This document shows, piece by piece, positions 12,401 through 23,720 of a DNA stretch of 64,000 nt. The stretch comes from Octopus sinensis (Eukaryota): assembly GCF_006345805.1 (NCBI RefSeq), contig NC_043011.1:37770464-37834463 (forward strand), written 5' to 3'. Made by a program: the position numbers and the translations under genes. How positions within the stretch are numbered: position 1 is the stretch's first letter; the number at the start of each line of letters is the position of its first letter. Under the pieces are notes generated by a model. The model ran no database searches and had not been told where the DNA came from. It worked only from the letters and a program-made list of their open reading frames with translations.

Positions 12401-12906
12401 TAACTAAGATTTTGTAAGGAAAGTCAAAGTTCCACGCATAATGTTACCAAACAAATTACAATTTGTGACAGAATTCCTTTAGTGATTAACTGGCACTGAA
12501 ATTTCACTGGCATTTGAAAGGTGTTGCATGAAAGTTAGCAGCATGTTGCGAGAAAATATCCTCGTTTCAAATGTATATTTCTTCATCTGCCTGTTGTAGC
12601 CTTTAGAGAGAATGAAACTGTAATGATGATAAGAAGAAGAAGAAGAAGAAGAAGAAGAACAACAACAACAACAACAACAACAATAACAACGACGACGACA
12701 ACGACAAGATATTTGGTGGGAGTGGCTAGTCGATTACATCCAAACCAGTAACTGACTGGTATTTCAACAACCATACTTGAAACACTTTTAAACACATGTA
12801 AACGCGGGTGTGGTTGGGGGACAAAATGCGGTTAAGAATTTTGCCTACTATCTAACGATTCTGCCAGCTCACCGCTTCCACCATAATAATAATAATAATA
12901 ATAATA

Positions 12907-12947
<41 letters not shown>

Positions 12948-12974
12948 TAATAATAATGATAATAATATTAAAAT

Positions 12975-13540
12975 AATAAATGCCCTGATGCAGTACCAGG
13001 CAGTGGCTCTCATGGCTTCTGATCTTAACTGATTGGAAGTGTTATCAGTACATTGTTTTGTCTTGGTATAAAAGATGGGCTACAGCAAATATTCTGCTCA
13101 ATACCACAGATTTGCCTGTCAGTTGTTTGACCTTAACCAGTTGAGCATGTCCCTTAGTGGCTGACGATATGTGCATCTCTGATCACGAGCAGAAGTAGTG
13201 GGGGAGCATCATAGCCATGTGTTGAGAGGGATTCTTTGGGGTTTGAATAGTTCACCTCTGGACACATGGGTGGTTCTTTCAACATCCTTAAGCAACCCTT
13301 ATTCAGGGACCGTTTGAGCGGGATGGGCTACTCAACCTAAGAAAATTCTAACTGGGCCCCACCTGCAAGGTCATGTGCTGTTTATCTTGATATGAGATCA
13401 CCATGTCGCGCACATATGGTTGTGATGCATGTGCCTGGTGTACCTTTATCAGACGGGTAGTCATGATGGGTATATTGGGCTTCGTATATTTTACCCCGGT
13501 GTCACTTGATGGCATGAACTGCTCTCTCACTCAATAATAA
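12975..13540. mobile_element. ~560-bp non-coding interspersed repeat flanked on both sides by (AAT)n
   Basis: Reverse-complement homolog at 36458-37050. No ORF and no pol III boxes recognised. Confidence 0.75.
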
Positions 13541-13556
13541 TAATAATAATAATAAT

Positions 13557-13596
<40 letters not shown>

Positions 13597-13624
13597 TAAT
13601 AATAATAATAATAATAATAATAAT

Positions 13625-14790
13625 CAAAGATATTGAAACTAACGGATATAAACATCTGCGAATTATAGAATGCGACAATATCAAAGAAAGTGAAATGAAG
13701 GAAAGCTTTAGGCGAGAATATCTCAGAAGAACCAAGTTAATTATGGGAAGCAGACACGACAGGAAAAACAAAATTAGAGCAATGGACACATTGGCTGTTT
13801 CCTTAATGAGATACGGCGCAGGTGTTGTTGGGTGGAGAAAGGGCGATCTTGAGGAAATGGACAGGAAAACTAGGAAAGTAATGAGAATTAACAAGGAACT
13901 ATACTCGAAAAGCAATAGTGACAGACTGTGAGAGCCTAGAACCAGGGGTGGAAGAGGTTTCATAGGATGCAAAACTTGTGTTGTCAACGAGAACAAGAGT
14001 TTGAGGTGGCTCAAAAAAAATGCAAAGGGAATCATTTCTCGCTTCTGTTAGAATTAACAATATAATACCTTCTGAAAATGTGATACACCCACAAACGTTT
14101 AAGAAAGAAGATGAAGAAGAAAGAGTAAACAACTGGAAAATGAAATCACTGCAAGGGCAATACCTCAGAGGAATCGAAGGAAAAGATGAACACTTGGAGA
14201 TGGCTAAGAAAAAGTGATCTGAAAGGAGGAACTGAAGCATTGATAGGCAGCTCCCAGGAACAAGCTCTGAGAACTAAATACAATAAGTTCTAAATGTATA
14301 AGAGTAACAAATCGCCTCTTTGTAGGGTTTATAACAGTAGAAACGAAACAATCTCATATATTGTGAGTGAATGTAGCAAGCTGACCCACTAAGCACAACA
14401 AAATGTGGCATGATAATGTGGCTAAGTTCGTCCGTTCGAGACTGTGAAAAGTATGGTTTGAACCGAGGATGGAAATGGTACGAACATTAACCAGAAAGAG
14501 TCACTGAGAACAATGAACGTAAGGTATTGTCGGATTTTACATTCCATTCTGACTCCCTCGGAGTCTCCCAAGGCTCGGAGACCAGATAGTGTTGTGGTAG
14601 ATAGGGGAAAAGAGAAAACCAGGATCACAAATATTATAATACCTGGGGATTCATGCATAAGTGAGAAAAAACTAGAAATGATTGTAAAGTACAGATTACT
14701 AAAATACGACATTGCAAGAATGTGGACTACGAGGAGAATGTCTGTCATTCAAGTAGTTGTAATAAATGTATTTTTAGAGGAAAAATTAAT
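13625..14790 (+). mobile_element. R4/Dong-clade retrotransposon, decayed 3' half
   Basis: GYKHLRIIE; RREYLRRTKLIM...NKIRAMDTLAVSLMRYGAGVVGWRK.DLEEMDRKTRK; LIGSSQEQALRT; ARRPDSVVVD. Starts directly after (AAT)n. Confidence 0.85.
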
Positions 14791-14927
14791 GGATTTGTTC
14801 CCTTATAAGGTTTTTTTCACGCTAAATACTTGATAAATTCTTATAAAGATTTTATCCTATTTTTCAATTATATATGTGTGTGTGTGTGTATATATACATG
14901 TACATATGTAGAGAGACACACACATAC

Positions 14928-14992
<65 letters not shown>

Positions 14993-15194
14993 ATGTGTGT
15001 GTGTGCATGTGTGTATGTATATATGTATCTATCTATCTATTTATATATATATTTGTACAGCCCCCAAAAAAGAAAACTAAACTAAGAACATTAGATTCCT
15101 TGGAAGAAAGCAGCGGATATATACAAAAACAAGGACGGAAGAAACGGACAATGTTACACGAATATATATATATACAACAAAAAATACAATAAAA

Positions 15195-15580
15195 ATAATA
15201 ACTGGACATAGAAAGAGGTGTCTTTCGACTTAGGACGAATTGAATTAAGCTGGCACGTGTGGAAATGAAGCCTTACGGCAGAGATACAAAAGTTTCACAA
15301 ACACGGGGAAGAATATCGATGTTGTACGGACAAAGGTCAGAGCAAGAGAGAAAGAGCGGTCTTGGCCGAACAGTGACGTGGGAAGAGAAGAGAGAGAAGT
15401 AGAAGCAGTGGAACAGAAGAATTAAGGAGGGGCGAGAAAAAATGACAGGGACACAGTAAAGTGAAAAGTGGAGGGAAAGTGAGTAAGAAGAGAAAGCAAA
15501 GAAATGGGGCAGAGGGGGAACGAAAGAACGAAGAGTGGAATGAACGAATAAGCGTGAAAGGGCAAATAGACAGAAAGAGA
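15195..15580 (-). mobile_element. Pyrimidine-rich interspersed repeat (probable Penelope-like terminal repeat family)
   Basis: Homologous to 53855-54290 (+) through shared ATTCGTTCATTCC, TGTTCGGCCAAG and CTGCCGTAAGGCT, and to the fragment at 53305-53390. The Penelope assignment is inference. Confidence 0.55.
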
Positions 15581-15584
15581 GTTG

Positions 15585-15624
<40 letters not shown>

Positions 15625-15957
15625 CAAACAGATGCATTGTTATTTCTTAATCTCTCAACGAGAGACATTCAGAAACAGTATTTTAAAGTAAACATTAATT
15701 GCCAAGATATTGTGGCCCACCCGTTTGGAACGAATGTTACTGTTATATGATCCCAGGAGACATCGTCTCCAGCTGGCTATACGATACACTGTCTGTGTCC
15801 CTATATTTTCGAACACGGGACACTTTGCCCTTCATCCTTTCGGGGTCCATAAATCAGGTACCAATGAGACACTTGTATCGATGTAATCAATCAGTCACCT
15901 CCACCAAATTCTCAACCCTTTTGCGTATAGTGAAAAAGGATTATTACAGCATGGAAC

Positions 15958-16135
15958 GAGGCGGCGAGTCGGCAGAGCCGTTAGCATGCCCGGCAGAATA
16001 TCTAACGGCGTTCCTCTTTCCATATATTCTAAGTTCAAATATCACCGAGGTCGATTTACCTTTCATCTTATCGTTGTCGATAAAATAAGTACCATTTGTC
16101 CACTGTTGTCGGTTTAATCGACTTATTACCATCCA
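15958..16135 (+). mobile_element. SINE family 2, degenerate, within an older repeat spanning ~15700-16330
   Basis: GGCGGCGAGTCGGCAGAGCCGTTAGCA head; AAGTTCAAAT; GGTCGATTTACCTTTCATC...GTCGATAAAATAAGTACC. 15715-15800 matches 33385-33450. Confidence 0.7.
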
Positions 16136-16511
16136 CAAAAGTGCTGCCCTTGTGCCAAAATTTGACTCCAATATAAAAGTACATTGGTGCTCCATTTAGA
16201 TTACCCTCCAAGACTAAATTTTAAGAGGCTTGTCTGTCTTACATCCCAGCTGAACCAGTTTACACATCATCTTAAATTAGCAACTGTTACAAAATATGAA
16301 AAAAAAAAGGCATTATAAACTGCAGCATGAGACACACCGAAAAGAGTCCACAGAAATAACCATACGATTAGCATGAGTAGGAGTATTTTTTCATAATCCT
16401 TTAATCAAATCAATATATTTTCTGTTTGAGACGTCTACCCCCAATCGAGTTATTTTAGTTACCTTCATTCACAGCAAACTTCAAAAACTCACCCGTTTCA
16501 TCATCGTAGTT

Positions 16512-16572
<61 letters not shown>

Positions 16573-16933
16573 GGAATGGCGTTAGACCGATGAAAAGGAG
16601 GACCATGAGTGGAAGACAAAAGAAGGTGAAGCGGCGCCGGGAGCAAGAGGTGCAGATAGGTTTGAATGTATTTTCTTAATGCTCTTCATGAGAAAACATA
16701 TTGAGTTAATGAATCAAATAAATGCAATGAGATTCATCGTTTTCTGAACAAGGAAAAAATTATAAATATGACATAGGAAAGAGTCGGGGCAGTGATACTG
16801 TGAGAGTGAAAAATGAGTGCAAGCACGACAAATAATGCAGCGCTTAGAAACAAAACACAGGAAGATGCTATAAATAGACTGAAAGCATTACACACACGCA
16901 CACACACAAATCAGCTACAAACACACTCACATA

Positions 16934-16979
<46 letters not shown>

Positions 16980-17408
16980 CATATATTTACAGACAGATAA
17001 ACACTCACAAATATATATATATATATATGTATATGTATATATATATATTGTGTGTGTGTGTGTTGTATGTGTGTGTTTGCATGCGTGTGCGTGTGTGTTG
17101 GTCTGTATATATATATATATATATATAATTTCAACAATTGAGGGTAAAATTTTAATTAATCAATTTCACCAAGTATTCAGTATGCAAAGGGACCATTTAA
17201 GGCGAATTCAATTATTACATTATATAAAAGGGCTTAGTAAAATAAATTACTTTGCCGCATACTGAACTCATTAGAAATAGCAGCTAAAAAAAACTTTTTT
17301 AAAACTATTTCCAATACTTAAAGAAAACCTCTCTCATATATGTTTGCTCAATTCAACTCACGCAAATATGGGGGTAGAGACATTAAAAAATCAAGTGCAA
17401 AGGTTATT

Positions 17409-17461
17409 TGAGAACGTACGTTTCAAGATTAGTCAAAATTCGACATTTCTATCACAGCTCA
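17409..17461 (-). ncRNA. Type I hammerhead motif, family A, core damaged (CUGUGA)
   Basis: Reverse complement TGAG-CTGTGA-TAGAAATGTCGAATTTTGACTAATCTT-GAAA-C-GTAC-G-T-T-CTCA. One base is missing from CUGAUGA. Confidence 0.5.
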
Positions 17462-18453
17462 GAACTCCCTGGTTTGGATTTGAAAACACTGAAAGTAGGA
17501 GCATACCCTTTCGGCTTCCTCTCGTTTCTGAAGATCTGTTCGTAACTAACAGTGCCAACAAACTCAAAATTGCAAGCGAAGAATTTCTGCTCTCCCCTTT
17601 CCACCAGCGTGGGTTAAAATCAGTAAACACTATGCTTTTTTCGGTAAAATCCGCGGCATTATATAGAGAGAGATGAATTATAATTTCAACAATTGAGGGT
17701 AAAATTAATTAATTAATCAATTTCACCAAGTATTCAGTATGCAAAGGGACCATTTAAGGCGAATTCAAATTATTACATTATATAAAAGGGCTTAGTAAAA
17801 TAAATTACTTTGCCGCATACTGAACTCATTAGAAATAGCGGCTAAAAAAAAACTTTTTTAAAACTATTTCCAATACTTAAAGAAAACCTCTCTCATATAG
17901 TGTTTGCTCAATTCAACTCACGTAATCTTGAAACGTACGTTCTCAAATAACCTTTGCACTTGATTTTTTAATGTCTCTACCCCCATATTTGCGTGAGTTG
18001 AATTGAGCAAACACTATATGAGAGAGGTTTTCTTTAAGTATTGGAATAGTTTTAAAAAAGTTTTTTTTTAGCTGCTATTTCTAATGAGTTCAGTATGCGG
18101 CAAAGTAATTTATTTTACTAAGCCCTTTTATATAATGTAATAATTTGAATTCGCCTTAAATGGTCCCTTTGCATACTGAATACTTGTGGAAAGATTAATT
18201 AATTAATTTTACCCTCAATTGTTGAAATTATAATTCAATCTCTCTCTATATAATGCCGCGGATTTTACCGAAAAAAGCATAGGTTTACTGATTTTAACCC
18301 ACGCTGTGGAAAGGAAAGGGGGAGAGCAGAAATTCTTCGCTTGCATTTTTGAGTTTGTTGGCACTGTTAGTTACGAACATATCTTCAGAAACGAGAGGAA
18401 GCGAAAGGGTATGATGCTACTTTCAGTGTTTTCAAATCCAAACCAGGGAGTTC

Positions 18454-18507
18454 TGAGCTGATGATAGAAATGTCGAATTTTGACTAATCTTGAAACGTAC
18501 GTTCTCA
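18454..18507 (+). ncRNA. Type I hammerhead ribozyme, family A
   Basis: Stem I TGAG/CTCA; CTGATGA at 18458-18464; stem II AGA/TCT plus GTC/GAC; GAAA at 18492-18495; stem III C-GTAC-G with palindromic loop; GUU triplet with predicted cleavage after 18503. Confidence 0.7.
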
Positions 18508-19012
18508 AATAACCTTGCACTTGTTTTTTAATGTTCTCTACCCCATATTTGCGTGAGTTAAATTGAGCAAACACTATTTGAGAGAGGTTTTCTTTAAGTA
18601 TTGGAAATAGTTTTAAAAAAGTTTTTTTTTAGCTGCTATTTCTAATGAGTTCAGTATGCGGCAAAGTAATTTATTTTACTAAGCCCTTTTATATAATGTA
18701 ATAATTTGAATCGCCTCCTTAAATGGTCCCTTTGCATACTGAATACTTGGTGAAATTAATTAATTAATTAATTTTACCCTCAATTGTTGAAATATAATTC
18801 ATCTCTCTCTATTAATGCCGCGGATTTTACCGAAAAAAGCATAGTGTTTACTGATTTTAACCCACGCTGGTGGAAAGGGGAGAGCAGAATTTCTTCGCTT
18901 GCATTTTTGAGTTTGTTGGCACTGTTAGTTACGAACAGATCTTCAGAAACGAGAGGAAGCCGAAAGGGTATGCTCCTACTTTCAGTGTTTTCAAATCCAA
19001 ACCAGGGAGTTC

Positions 19013-19066
19013 TGAGCTGATGATAGAAATGTCGAATTTTGACTAATCTTGAAACGTACGTTCTCA
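19013..19066 (+). ncRNA. Type I hammerhead ribozyme, family A
   Basis: Identical motif one period downstream: CTGATGA at 19017-19023, GAAA at 19051-19054, predicted cleavage after 19062. Confidence 0.7.
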
Positions 19067-19253
19067 AATAACCTTTGCACTTGATTTTTTAATGTCTCTA
19101 CCCCCATATTTGCGTGAGTTGAATTGAGCAAACACTATATGAGAGAGGTTTTCTTTAAGTATTGGAAATAGTTTTAAAAAAGTTTTTTTTTAGCTGCTAT
19201 TTCTAATGAGTTCAGTATGCGGCAAAGTAATTATTTTACTAAGCCCTTTTATA

Positions 19254-19317
<64 letters not shown>

Positions 19318-19569
19318 CCAACACACACGCACACACATATATATACACATACAAACAACATACAGACACGCACACACAACCACACACACACATATATATA
19401 TATGTTCGAGTGTTCAGAAACGCACGCGTGAGCGTGTATGTGAGTACGTATGTATACATGCATGCATGCATGGCAGTATGCATGTATGCGTGTTGTATGT
19501 ATGCTTGTGTTTGCATGTATGTATGTATGTGTATATATAGTATGTATATATCTATATATATATATATAT

Positions 19570-20300
19570 ACTAAGCAATGAAGGTTTAGCAACGAATTGC
19601 TTTAACACATACCGATTTAGAAATAGCAGTCAAAGAGTTATAGCTATTCTTCTACTAAAAAGGGAGATCTCAGTAAAAACAGCAATTTGGAAGGCAACAC
19701 AAACAGGTAAGAGAGAATGAATTGACGGCAATCTATCATACAATTTTAAGTTATCTACGGACGCACGTTTCGAAATCAAGTTTTTAGGAAAGCATAAGAA
19801 TTAAATATTAAATAATTCTACCTTACCAAAACTTCTTTTCTCTTCAGCGTAGAATACTATAATCATAAATGATTATATATTGAATTTTGAGATACTAGAA
19901 GGCACCAACTCAACTCAGTATCAGAGCGAGCTAGAATCCGCAACTAGTATCAACAAAATCAATGTGTGAATGAAATTCACAAATTCAATGTGTGAATGCG
20001 TCCGTAGATAACTTAAAATTGTATGATAGATTTCCGTCAATTCATTCTCTCTTACCTGTTTGTGTCTGCCTTCCAAATTGCTGTTTTTACTGAGATCTCC
20101 CTTTTAGTAGAAGAAATAGCTATAACTCTTTGACTGCTATTTCTAAATTCGGTATGTGTAAAGCAATTCGTTTCTAAACCCTTTATTGCTTAGTATTACT
20201 TAAATTTTCTCGAATGAGGCTTTTACATGCCGAAGACTGCTTGGTGTAATTGATAATTATTCCAAATAATTAATTTCACCCTTCATTATTACGGATAACC
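19570..20300. mobile_element. Hammerhead-containing element with ~195-bp inverted arms (family B, diverged relative of family A)
   Basis: 19570-19765 is the reverse complement of 19997-20194 with a few mismatches. The plus arm continues to ~20300. (TA)n lies on both sides. Confidence 0.85.
19755..19852 (-). ncRNA. Canonical type I hammerhead ribozyme with elongated (69-nt) stem II
   Basis: Minus strand: CTACG | CTGAAGA | GAAA...TTTC (G10.1-C11.1; inner helices AAGTTTT/AAAACTT and AGAATT/AATTCT) | GAAA | C-GTGC-G | T-C | CGTAG. GUC triplet with predicted cleavage between 19760 and 19759. Confidence 0.85.
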
Positions 20301-20377
<77 letters not shown>

Positions 20378-21299
20378 TGTATTTATGTATGTATCGGTGT
20401 AAAACCTTACAGTTAATTATATTTGTTTGCAAAAATTCCTGTCGTCGAAATCACATGTAAACATGCATGTGAAAGTCATAAACCGATCTTCTTTAACTGA
20501 AGATTTATATCAAAGGGCATTTATTACTCCTAAGTCAAGTGGAATAAAATCGTTTTTTGAAATATAAAAAGCGATTTATTCAACGTTATAATCTAATGCT
20601 TTTATCTTATGAATTATCAATTTATTCTTTTCTAATTAATCTCTTTGAGGTTACGCGACATTACTATTTTTGATATTATTGTTACGATATATATTTATAT
20701 GTTATTTTTTAGGATTCTTTTCAGTTTAAATACCAAGCTTTTCATGACAGTAAAGGTTATTCAAGACATTGCACGGAGTTACTCATAATTTCTTATCTCA
20801 CTCACTCTGCCCCCCCTCTCTCTCTCTCTCTCTCTCTCTTCTGTCGCTCACTCGCTCTCCTCTTTTTGTCTCTGACGAAAACTATCTGTCATTCTCTGTA
20901 TCTATCAGTCTACCTATTTGTCTGTCGGTCACTCTTTGTCTCTGTCTCGCCCTCTCTCACTCTCTCTCTCTCTCTTTCTCCATCTCTCTCTCTCCATATA
21001 TCTTACTCTCCATCTATTTGTTGTCTGGTACATGATTTTGTGCTCTCTCTTAGTGTCTTCATTTATTTATATTTTCATTAATTTTACCTGCATTGATGTT
21101 TATATATTTTTTACATATATTTAATATCGTCCTCACCCGAGAACGTTTAATACACACACGTACAAAGGCAGACTAGTGTCGAATCCATGTAAAGAAAATA
21201 AGAGAATGTGTACGTATATAGTGTCTACGCACATATTATATACATGTATTTACATATATATATACACATATATATATGTGTGAATATATCAATGCAATA

Positions 21300-21490
21300 A
21301 GAAAATGAGAAAAAACACAAAAAAGCAACTCGGAGAGGACGTGGTATATGTAAAGTATTAGCGGACGCTGAGGGAAGGAAAGAAAGGTGGTTTTACATTT
21401 CGAGAAAAGCTCTTCTTCAGAAACAGGAGAGACAGGAAGGTCCAATAGAAGAGGAAGACGGAGGAAAATAAATCGCCAACGATTCACATG
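21300..21490 (-). mobile_element. Probable Penelope-like terminal-repeat remnant with minimal hammerhead-like motif at 21390-21424
   Basis: Minus strand: GTTT | CTGAAGA-A | GAG-CTTTT-CTC | GAAA | TGT-A | AAAC. A related copy lacking the motif lies at 54985-55115 (shared GGACGTGG and TATTA..GGACGCT). Confidence 0.5.
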
Positions 21491-21530
21491 TGGTTACATT
21501 TTGAATCTATATGAATCTATATGAATGCAT

Positions 21531-21575
<45 letters not shown>

Positions 21576-22086
21576 TATATATATATATGTGAAAGAAGGT
21601 TTGAAAATGCAATTTTAAAAGATGTATATTCACTTGACCGGTTTCACGTTTGCATTTTCAAACCTTCTTTCATATATAATTCCACTCGTGCGGTACCTTA
21701 CAACTTCACTTTGTTATATATATGCATATAAGTGTGTATACGTGTGTATACATATGTATGAAAATATACGTGAATGTGTGTGCATGGAAGGTTTTTTTTA
21801 CAAACCTCTCAATTTTCTCATATGCGATAGTTCAGTCGTTTTAGACCATATCATCCGTACCCAAATATTTGCAGTCAACCTCAAGTTTACATTTTCCACT
21901 CCTGAAAATTGGAATAATAAATAACATATCAGTACTCGTGATTGAACGCTTAAAATTACTTCATTATAACATCAGGAGCACGTTATTTTCTTCATCCCGG
22001 AAACCGGGATTCATCGTACGGTCCACACTTACAAAGCGGTACGGATGTATACCGAATTTAATGTACATTTATACATATAAGTACAT

Positions 22087-22166
<80 letters not shown>

Positions 22167-22177
22167 TGTGTGTGTGT

Positions 22178-22213
<36 letters not shown>

Positions 22214-22661
22214 TTTTATGCGCATACGCACGTTTTTATAGTATGCATGTATCTACCTATATATATCTATCATTCTCTCCATCTATATATATTATATATA
22301 TGTGTGTATGTTTACATATATATATATATATACATTTATATACACATGTGTATATACGTAAACATGCATATATATATATAGATATATTCACAAACATACA
22401 CACATATATGCATACATATACATTTATACATGCATATACATAGTTATATTTATGTATGTATGTATATATATATATACGTATAAACATATGTATACATTTG
22501 TATATATGTAAAAACATATATATATATATAGATGAGCATACATACACACATATATTTGTGTGTATACAAACATATATATATACATATGTATATATGTATA
22601 TGTATATACACACACAACAATATGCAGACTCACGCACCCATTCACTCACACACACACACAT

Positions 22662-22693
<32 letters not shown>

Positions 22694-22696
22694 TAT

Positions 22697-22754
<58 letters not shown>

Positions 22755-23425
22755 AATGCGAGAGCATAGAAGCGTAGTACTTTTTTATTGTGATAGCTAG
22801 CTGCGATTTTCATTATACGAATTCATAAATAAAATTATTATTTCCCCTTCTTAAATGATATTTCCTTTTTAGTTTTTTTTTCATAAAATATAATTTTAAA
22901 AATTATTTTATTAAAGTTAATCATACAACAAATTTTTTCACGTTACATTAGCATTATCTATTTATTCTATATAGCTTTGTTTCTTCTCTTACATCTTATC
23001 GACAATAAGATTCAAATAAAGATCGGATTTACGCCATTAACTTAATAGGCTTCATTAAAATTGATAACATGAGTTTGTTGGTATCCCATTCTTCAAAATA
23101 TATATGGACGTGGATAAACATATACGCGAGCACATACATATATACATAAACATATAAATTAACTCGCTCTCTCTGTATATATGTATCCACACGCACATAC
23201 ATACTCTCTTATACCCACCTACGCGCATCTTCGTTTTAGGATCACCACTACTTTATTATTTCCCCTTCTCCCTAGTTCTCCTGCGTGACCCCTCCGTCCG
23301 GAATTCGCCATGATAGATCGCTAAGCACTACACATTCTTTATTTTCTCTCCTTGTTTCTTTCTGTATTCCTTCTGTGGAAGACCGTATGCTCGAAATGTT
23401 AAAGGCTTTTTCTATCTATCCATCC

Positions 23426-23485
<60 letters not shown>

Positions 23486-23512
23486 CTGTCTCTGTCTCTC
23501 TCTCTCTCTCTA

Positions 23513-23545
<33 letters not shown>

Positions 23546-23554
23546 ATATATATA

Positions 23555-23720
23555 CACGGACGAATTTCTTTCAGTTTCCGTTCGACCAAATCCACACACT
23601 AGGCTTTGGTCATGCAGAGCTATAGCAGAAATTGCTTGCACAAGGTGCCATGCAGCGAGACTGAACGCGGAAGCATGTGGTTCAGATGCAAGCTTCTTAG
23701 CACACAGCCATGTCGGCGCA
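23555..23720 (-). mobile_element. SINE family 1, 5' half
   Basis: Reverse complement of the head and body of 4211-4375 (TTTCTTTCAGTTTCCGT.CGACCAAATCCAC...CACACAGCCA). Confidence 0.8.

Larger units (their letters stand above)
17124..19257. mobile_element. Inverted tandem array of a ~559-bp hammerhead-containing monomer (retrozyme/Penelope-pLTR-like, family A)
   Basis: About 1.43 monomers at 17124-17922, then about 2.4 monomers in the opposite orientation at 17923-19257. Period is 559 bp (18454 to 19013). (TA)n lies at both ends. The same monomer occurs at 54322-54960. Confidence 0.85.

Noticed and set aside
17344-17676. 110-aa ORF inside the 559-bp monomer (and variants at 18371-18574 and 18780-19067)
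   Set aside because: It is antisense to the ribozyme strand, starts at a non-ATG codon, is broken differently in each copy and is absent from the ORF track for the 54-kb copy. I treat it as a shadow ORF.
21985-22065. Short GC hairpin ATCCCGG-AAA-CCGGGAT
   Set aside because: It is an isolated 7-bp stem with no CTAG end, T-tract or second copy to give it meaning.
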